From: Takakia lepidozioides
Lineage: Eukaryota; Plantae; Bryophyta
Length of the DNA stretch: 64,000 nucleotides
NCBI GenBank assembly: GCA_030704615.1
Contig: CM060734.1
Location: forward strand, 37,324,001 to 37,388,000
Reading direction: 5' to 3'
Part shown: in pieces, positions 52,601 to 64,000 of the stretch
Layout of the letters: each line of letters starts with the position of its first letter
Numbering within the stretch: position 1 is the stretch's first letter
Program-made: the position numbers and the translations under genes
The notes under the pieces: model-generated
Told to the model about the DNA's origin: nothing
Seen by the model: only the letters and a program-made list of their open reading frames with translations
The model's database searches: none

Positions 52601-54004
52601 AGCTTCCGCAAAAAGACTCAACGTCCATGACAAGATAAAAGTTTATGATAGAAGGAAGAGAGCCAAGCTGTGAACACAGGTTTTAGTTGTGCCTCCCCTC
52701 TTGCACACAGGAAAACCAGAGGGCAGTCATGTCAAACACACATAAACAACAAGAGACACAGCGGGCCAAAGACAGTAACTACAAAAGGGGATTGAAGTCA
52801 ACCTCAAACATCACACAAATCACTTCTGTGGAATCTGTGTCAGAGTTGAATGTCTTTGTTTCAACTCTTTTCAAAAGTTCTTTCAAATGACATGCCACAC
52901 GCTCCTCATCAAGTTCCTGCAAGAAATGGCAGAAAGAGGAGCTCAAAATCCAGTAATTTCTCATAAATAACCAGGGCCATTTCTCAGTCAAGTCTGAGCT
53001 TGACAGCTGCTGAAGGACAAAACAAACCCAACTTGTACAGGAAACCACAAGCAAAGTTTATTTATGATTACTCTGGTGACATACAATTCACCTGCAGAAT
53101 GGCCAGTAAAGGCCCGACCACATCTTCCAAAAATTCTGTTCTATAGAATTCCTTTGCCTTGTGATGCTGGACGATACAGCGAGTGCATTTCCCAAGCTCC
53201 TGGGACACGCGCCCCCACAGCATGCGAAGAATTGAATTCGGAGACGTGTCCTCAGGCAAGTTATAGAAAGGCTCCAACAGTGGGAGGATGACATCTTTGT
53301 GTGCACACCAGCAGTGCTCATCCTCAGATAGATTATGCAGGAAATTAAATGCATCTGAAAACCTGCCATAAACCCATAGGCCAGTGTCTCAGTCCATGAA
53401 CTGTAAGGGTGGTTTTCAGTCTCTACCATCACTCCAAACTCACCTCTCACAGAAGGAAAGTCTCTGGCACTGCAGACCCCCTTGACTCTGCGCTTCAAAT
53501 TTAAGCCATTTGATTATCTGGTGAAGGTCTATCAGGAAAATCTGCAAAGCCAGAACAAACTACATCCCTACTGTGATCCTAGAGTGGTGATAATATCCCC
53601 ATCATGCAACTCTCTTTGAAACCCTGCTTATTTTTTCACAGAAACTTGGCATGGGGTCTGCTACAACAAGAAGTCAACAAGTACGTCCATCTCCTATCAG
53701 AAGAACTTCTAACTCATAGTGCCACCACAACAAAAAGGGTAAAGCCAAATTGGATGGGCAGCAATGGATCCACTTCGACATGCCACAGCCACCTCAATCA
53801 ACCCTTAAATATATAATACAAACTGGTTCGCTTGTGCCAGTATCAAATCTGGCACGCATTACAGAACAGAACCAACCATTCCTCCTTCAAGCACTTGAAT
53901 TCGTCATCATCATTGTCAGGGTTTTCTTCTGAGCCTTCCAGATCTTCTATTTGCTTCCATCGCTGCACCAGTCGAGTCTTCTGCATCTCCTCTCTTTGGC
54001 CCAT
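28668..54004 (-). CDS. SEN1/senataxin-like superfamily-1 (Upf1-like) RNA/DNA helicase, many exons
   Basis: Motifs LVQGPPG/TGTGKT (Walker A split by an intron), VLVCAQSNAAVDEL, VVIDEAAQ, VGDPKQLPATV, SMFERLQ, QYRMHPEI, GVITPYKQQ, TVDGFQGREVD, RRMNVALTRAR. Putative start MGQREEMQKTRLVQRWKQIE at 54004. The 3' end is uncertain (downstream exons at ~29230-29005 and ~28829-28668). Confidence 0.9.
34324..35246 (-). mobile_element. 5'-truncated degenerate non-LTR retrotransposon (family B) in a helicase intron, with 17-bp target-site duplication
   Basis: Broken ORF ending in LKFKLRAG...CLLCGQPEDNSHFLIHCP (LINE C-terminal zinc-binding motif) followed by a 3' tail ...CTTATGAGTAC. Flanked by identical AGTCTCTTCCAGAGAAT at 34307-34323 and 35247-35263. 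Confidence 0.85.
36450..38692 (+). mobile_element. 5'-truncated LINE (RTE/RTEX-like, family A) with an intact RT frame, antisense in a helicase intron
   Basis: RT motifs NYRTI, QAGFR, FVDFHKAFDSV, GVKQGCPLSP, YADD, YRYLG; C-terminal RIETGRW...CPAC...ETEEHFFFYC; 3' tail ending in (CATTT)n. No endonuclease domain is visible. The upstream linker SPRFFWSLLKP..IWHEYA lies in another frame, implying a frameshift near 36570. Confidence 0.93.
43963..44888 (+). mobile_element. Second, shorter 5'-truncated copy of LINE family A
   Basis: Near-identical to 37777-38692, with small frameshifting deletions near 44075 and 44662. Ends in (CATTT)n. Confidence 0.92.
45961..46323 (-). mobile_element. TRIM (miniature non-autonomous LTR retrotransposon) with tRNA-derived LTRs
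   Basis: On the - strand: LTR 46323-46179 (TG...CA, 145 bp), PBS TGGTATCAGAGCC 46178-46166, ~80-bp internal region, PPT GAGGGGGGAG 46109-46100, second LTR 46099-~45961 (outer end degraded). Each LTR contains TAGCTCAGTGGTAGAGC (A box/D arm) and GGTTCAATCC (B box/T arm). Confidence 0.9.
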
Positions 54005-54535
54005 GCTAAGCGTCCTCTTCTCCTCTTCCTAATCACTGGTTCTTTCTAGAAAAATCAGCCGAGTGTACACACATTGAAGGCACACATATGAACTTATGTT
54101 TATGCGAATGACCCAGTTTCCAGCAAGTGCATTCCTCCTCCTGACCATTCGAAAGGTACACTACTTATCTACTGATTTCATGAAGTTTCCAGTAAAATGT
54201 TATCTGCAAAATGCATATAGAAAAGGGTCGTTATTAATAAGGCCGTATTTTTATCTTATCACAGGCAGAAGCTTAGAGCCTGTAAGTGCAGCTTGATAAC
54301 ATGGAGAGACTAGATGTTAACCCTCCACATGCTGCCCAAGCCCAGTCAGGATGAGAAATGGAGACTTCCAAAAGCACAGTTGGCACACTAGAACCAAAGG
54401 GTCATTCCTACTTCACAATTCATCAAGCCCATGTCAAAAGGGATGATTCAATGGAAATACATCTGAAGAGACCATTCCAGCAGAGTTCAAAAACCTGCCA
54501 GCAGATGGCAGAAGCAGATCCAACACACAGACACA

Positions 54536-54536
54536 C

Positions 54537-54578
<42 letters not shown>
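54536..54578. repeat. (CT)n microsatellite
   Basis: Run of CT dinucleotides with one interruption. Confidence 0.9.
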
Positions 54579-54585
<7 letters not shown>

Positions 54586-56231
54586 GTCTGTTCCAAGGTA
54601 AGTCATACTGCCGGCATCAGCCCCTGATAAAGGTAGTTTCTGTCCCTTTGTGTTCCGCTCAAACTGGCTGCGGTGAAACAAAGTCTTATGAGTACATTCT
54701 CTACACCCTGGAGGGTGCAAACCCCACAAAAGGCTCCAGGAGGTTAGTTTCACTCCCAGACAGTGGGCCCATCACAAAGGTAGTGTATGTTCCCTATGGC
54801 CACAAGGCTGCAGCAAACGTCGTCTTATGAGTACATTCTCTCCTTGGAGGGGGGTGCTCGGAGTTTGCCACTCTGATTAGTACCATACTTTCTCTCTCTC
54901 TACCTCCCTCTATGTGAGCCAAACCACCACCCTCATTCCCAAATAATAGGTCCCATTCCGAGGAATTCATCACTTGACACGTGGGAAACAAACTCAATCG
55001 GGCCTGAATATCTCGCAGAATTGATGTCCCAGCAAAAGAAAACTTCCAGATACTACTCTATACGGGGGCTACCAGTGAATTCAACCATATGAATCTACTG
55101 CCGTATCTACTCACCTTAAAACCCTTGACTATTCCTGTGATTACCAATCGCTACAGCTGCACAGAGCTCCCCAGACCCCTGAGACGGTTTCCTCAGCCTC
55201 CGCCAATCCCAATGGCCTGTATCTTACGCAATCACTTCAGGAGAGCTTTCAAGCCACTGGAGGAATTGTGTCCCAAACCCTCCTTTGGCGACAGTAGATC
55301 CACCGAGCGCCCGTTTTTTACAAACAAAGTAGAATCTCACACACGTATCCAAAACGGGGAATTGAAGACACTTCCGCAGGCATACACAAGGAAGACATTC
55401 CACCGGTGACCTGTCATCAGTCCAGAGCCAGCTCTACCCTTCCAAAAACCCTCAGGGCATCCAATGCAACCCGTTCCATGTAGATTTTCACCACTCTGGC
55501 ACTCCCAACAAGCTGCACCCCCTCCTAATTTGACAACATTGCGGCTCCACGGAGCTCCAATACTTCACTGCACCTCGAAATAGTTTCGGTAATCTCATTC
55601 TTCCCATCACATTACAAACCCAATGCATAAATTCGAAGATTCGGCTGTCCACCGACATAGATTTCCAATCCGGCCACAAATCAACCACCTTGGCCCTTTC
55701 ACATTGATCCGAGCCCTGCCCTTCAATTCACATCGCTGGAGTCCAACTGGCAAATCCATCAGACACTGGGCTCCATTACAAACTCAAAACATTGGAAGCC
55801 ACTAGCATCACTCACGCAATCTGCCATACAATCTGGCACCATCACCTGAATGAGAGGGAGGAGAGAGATGAAGAGAGACACCCCAAGGCATGACTCCCTC
55901 TTTGTGTACGTTGACTACTTTTAGGTTACGTTAAATTCTCTAATTCTAAATTCTAAGCAGATCTTTTTAAATCGTCATGGATGAACGACGTTGTCATCCG
56001 GATTCCGGCGCAACCTGTAATTACATCAGCCATATCTCGTTCATTCATATACTTGTACTGGATACATCATCCATCACCACACTCGCAATCTGTTCATACA
56101 CCAACGCCGGCCTAACGGCCTAACTTCCCGCCACCCGGAAAGCAATTACTTCATAAGTTATACAAGTTATCAGGATCGTGACAGTTTTTTCTTTAAATTG
56201 GAAGGGGAAAAACATAAAACAATTGCACAAG

Positions 56232-56408
56232 AGGGCTGTGGCCCGGTGGTAATAAGTGCATTGACCTGGGGGTCTGGGGTTCAAACCCCTGTAAGCCGTC
56301 TCTCTCTGGGCTGGGGCTCTGCCCCTGTTTGCCGTCATGGCACTGTAATAAGGGGGTTTCTTTTCCCAGTTGCAGGGGCTGATGTTTCCTTGGAGAAATA
56401 AAATAAAA
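56232..56408 (+). mobile_element. Putative tRNA-derived SINE
   Basis: A-box-like TGGCCCGGTGG at ~56239, B-box GGTTCAAACC at ~56278, and an A-rich tail AAATAAAATAAAA at ~56396-56408. Confidence 0.5.
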
Positions 56409-56590
56409 TTTTATTAGAATTAAAAACCTTCCTAAAAATTGATTAACGTTGAATATTTAATTATCTAGAAACCAGGGCCACTGTCCCCTGTTCCTTTTTT
56501 TTTAAACATTAAAAAACAAATCCGTACCAACTTATTAACTAGAAAAACTTTTTTTAAACTATATATATATGTATGTGACGCCTCCGAAGG

Positions 56591-56718
56591 AAGTGTAAAT
56601 TATGGTGTCTCTGGGACCTGAAGGGCTACTCCCTGGCAGGAAGGTGGACACCTTTGTGACATCGATAGGTGGATTGAACCAACTTCCGAGGTGGCATGTT
56701 ACCACTAGGCTACAACTT
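56591..56718 (-). mobile_element. tRNA-derived SINE-like repeat, copy 1 of 2
   Basis: TAGCCTAGTGGTA...GGTTCAATCC followed by GATGTCA.AAAGGTG...CCCTTC.GG...GACACCATAA.TTACACTT, shared with 61444-61569. Confidence 0.6.
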
Positions 56719-58465
56719 GGTTGTCAAAAAACTATTTATGTATATTAAGGATCTTCTTTTCTTTTTTCTTTTTCTTAAGGACCAAGGCGATCATAATTTC
56801 ACCTATACGGGAAATTTTAAACCCCCAAGAAGGCGGCAGAATACACCCCCCAAGTTAGAAGAAGGGTGAGGGACGAGCCCATTCCAAAGAGAGAGAGAAT
56901 GGGTAATATAGCCCAAACCCAGATTAAACCCGGAAAAGACGCGGGGGAGTCTAAAGGAATATGAGGACGTCAAGTAGTTGTTCACAGTGAACGCGGGAAG
57001 TTGGCATAACAGCTGCAAAAACCAATCGACATAATAATTTGGATGTCGACTTGTTATAGGATCAGTCTACGGGTATGTGTTTATGTTATGCTCGCTAACA
57101 GTTGGCACTTTGGAGAAACGACACACACTTAGCTAGATAGTGCTTCATTTCATGCGCCCTCCATTCTCAAGTAGACAATCATGCCAACCAAAGTTAGCAT
57201 AAATAAGAGCCACTTCCCCTTGCGGGTACTGCCCCCTTTATTAAAGAATCATAGCAATGGTGCAGCAATAACAGCAGGTGAGGGACAGATGAGTAGAAGC
57301 TATAGCAAAGTGTGTGTAACCCATGGCCTATGACAAACATGATATGATGACAAGTTGAGGGCCATGGACTTGAAACCCAAAAGCTCCTCATTGTTTTATG
57401 AAGCAATGGACTCCACCGATGATGTCTCCCTTTTCATTGCACGTCTGTCATTGTGTAGTTATTAAAAGACGGCCTAGTCGGTATGGAGACGTTGAGCAGT
57501 CTGGTTATACATTTGCCCTGCCATCAAGCCTCATTCGAACCCAACGTCCATTCTTGTGTACATGTGTTGAGAAATCTGTAATGCTCGGAGGAAATGGAAC
57601 AAGACTCGCGATTCCTTCCTCTGCATGTGCTGTCTCTTTGCGTTGCATGCTCAAGCTCTTTCTAACTACAACCCCCTTAACTTTAGAGCGACACAGGAGC
57701 ATCTGGGTTACCGCTCAATTCAAGCCTTCACAGTTTTCCTTTCACATGTCTCCACTGCAATTCTGGATTTTCCTAGTTCTTTTCCAAAAAAGGACGGCTC
57801 CTCTACACGTGCATTCTCTGAAGAAGGCACAAAGCTCCCACAAAGATGGAGGATCACCATGAGATGGTGAGGACAATATCAATTGGAAGCATCGCCAAAA
57901 CAGCAGTACCAAAATCCAGGCACATCTGAATTTCGAGACACGCGCATTAGTGTAGCTCAATAGACAGCTTCGCCGGATTTTGGTTCCTTACTTTTCTTCT
58001 TTTGGTCTCTAGGTGGCTGTGGCCTCATCACTTCTCTAGTTTACTTTGGTTGTTTGGGACTCGCATGTGGTTGCCCGTAACTAATGAAGCCTCCATGGCC
58101 TTAAGCAGACCATCCCTTTACCAAAGATATATATACATTCACTATCATTACACCATTAAAATTTAGAAAATATTCCTTGTCTTATGAGAACCTGCTGCTA
58201 GGCAAAGTGATTCCTCGGGGCAACATCAATTTGAGCTTACATGCAATTACACACCAAGTCAATCATCAGCCCACCATCTTGCACACCAGGGCTCCCCCTG
58301 CACAAAGCCTAGCTGATCGACAGAGACACTCAGACGAGACTAAACAAGGACAAGAACTGAGTTGAAAGAATGAATATTGCCTTTAAGGGTACAAAACTTT
58401 TATAAAACCTGGCTACTTTCTCCTGGAATGGACCTCACTCTGTTGCATGCTGAGCAACAAGCATA

Positions 58466-64000
<5,535 letters not shown>

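Noticed and set aside
55089-57960. Short ORFs between the helicase and copine genes
   Set aside because: No identifiable homology; probably 5' UTR/promoter DNA and decayed sequence.

Overview
Gene-dense land-plant nuclear DNA with spliceosomal introns; the host is probably a non-seed plant, but the species cannot be identified from the sequence. Recognisable genes: ferredoxin-nitrite reductase (-), PEX12 (-), SWC5/CFDP1 BCNT-domain protein (+), a ~25-kb SEN1/senataxin-like SF1 helicase (-) and the 3' part of a copine/BONZAI gene (-). The main hidden feature is missed by the ORF track because it is split into micro-exons: three intact paralogues of a highly divergent single-AP2-domain gene at 3040-4690 (+), 8930-10624 (+) and 24582-26261 (-). 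Each has 7 exons, including the 26/31/88-nt exons typical of euAP2 genes, non-canonical AP2 motifs and no second AP2 repeat. Each sits in a duplicated 3.4-4.1-kb cassette that also carries a conserved divergent exon-like module. Introns and intergenic DNA contain two non-LTR retrotransposon families and many orphan copies of their 3' tails, tRNA-derived SINEs, and a ~365-bp miniature LTR element (TRIM) whose LTRs each contain a tRNA-like Pol III cassette. All exon coordinates were derived by hand; no database search was run.
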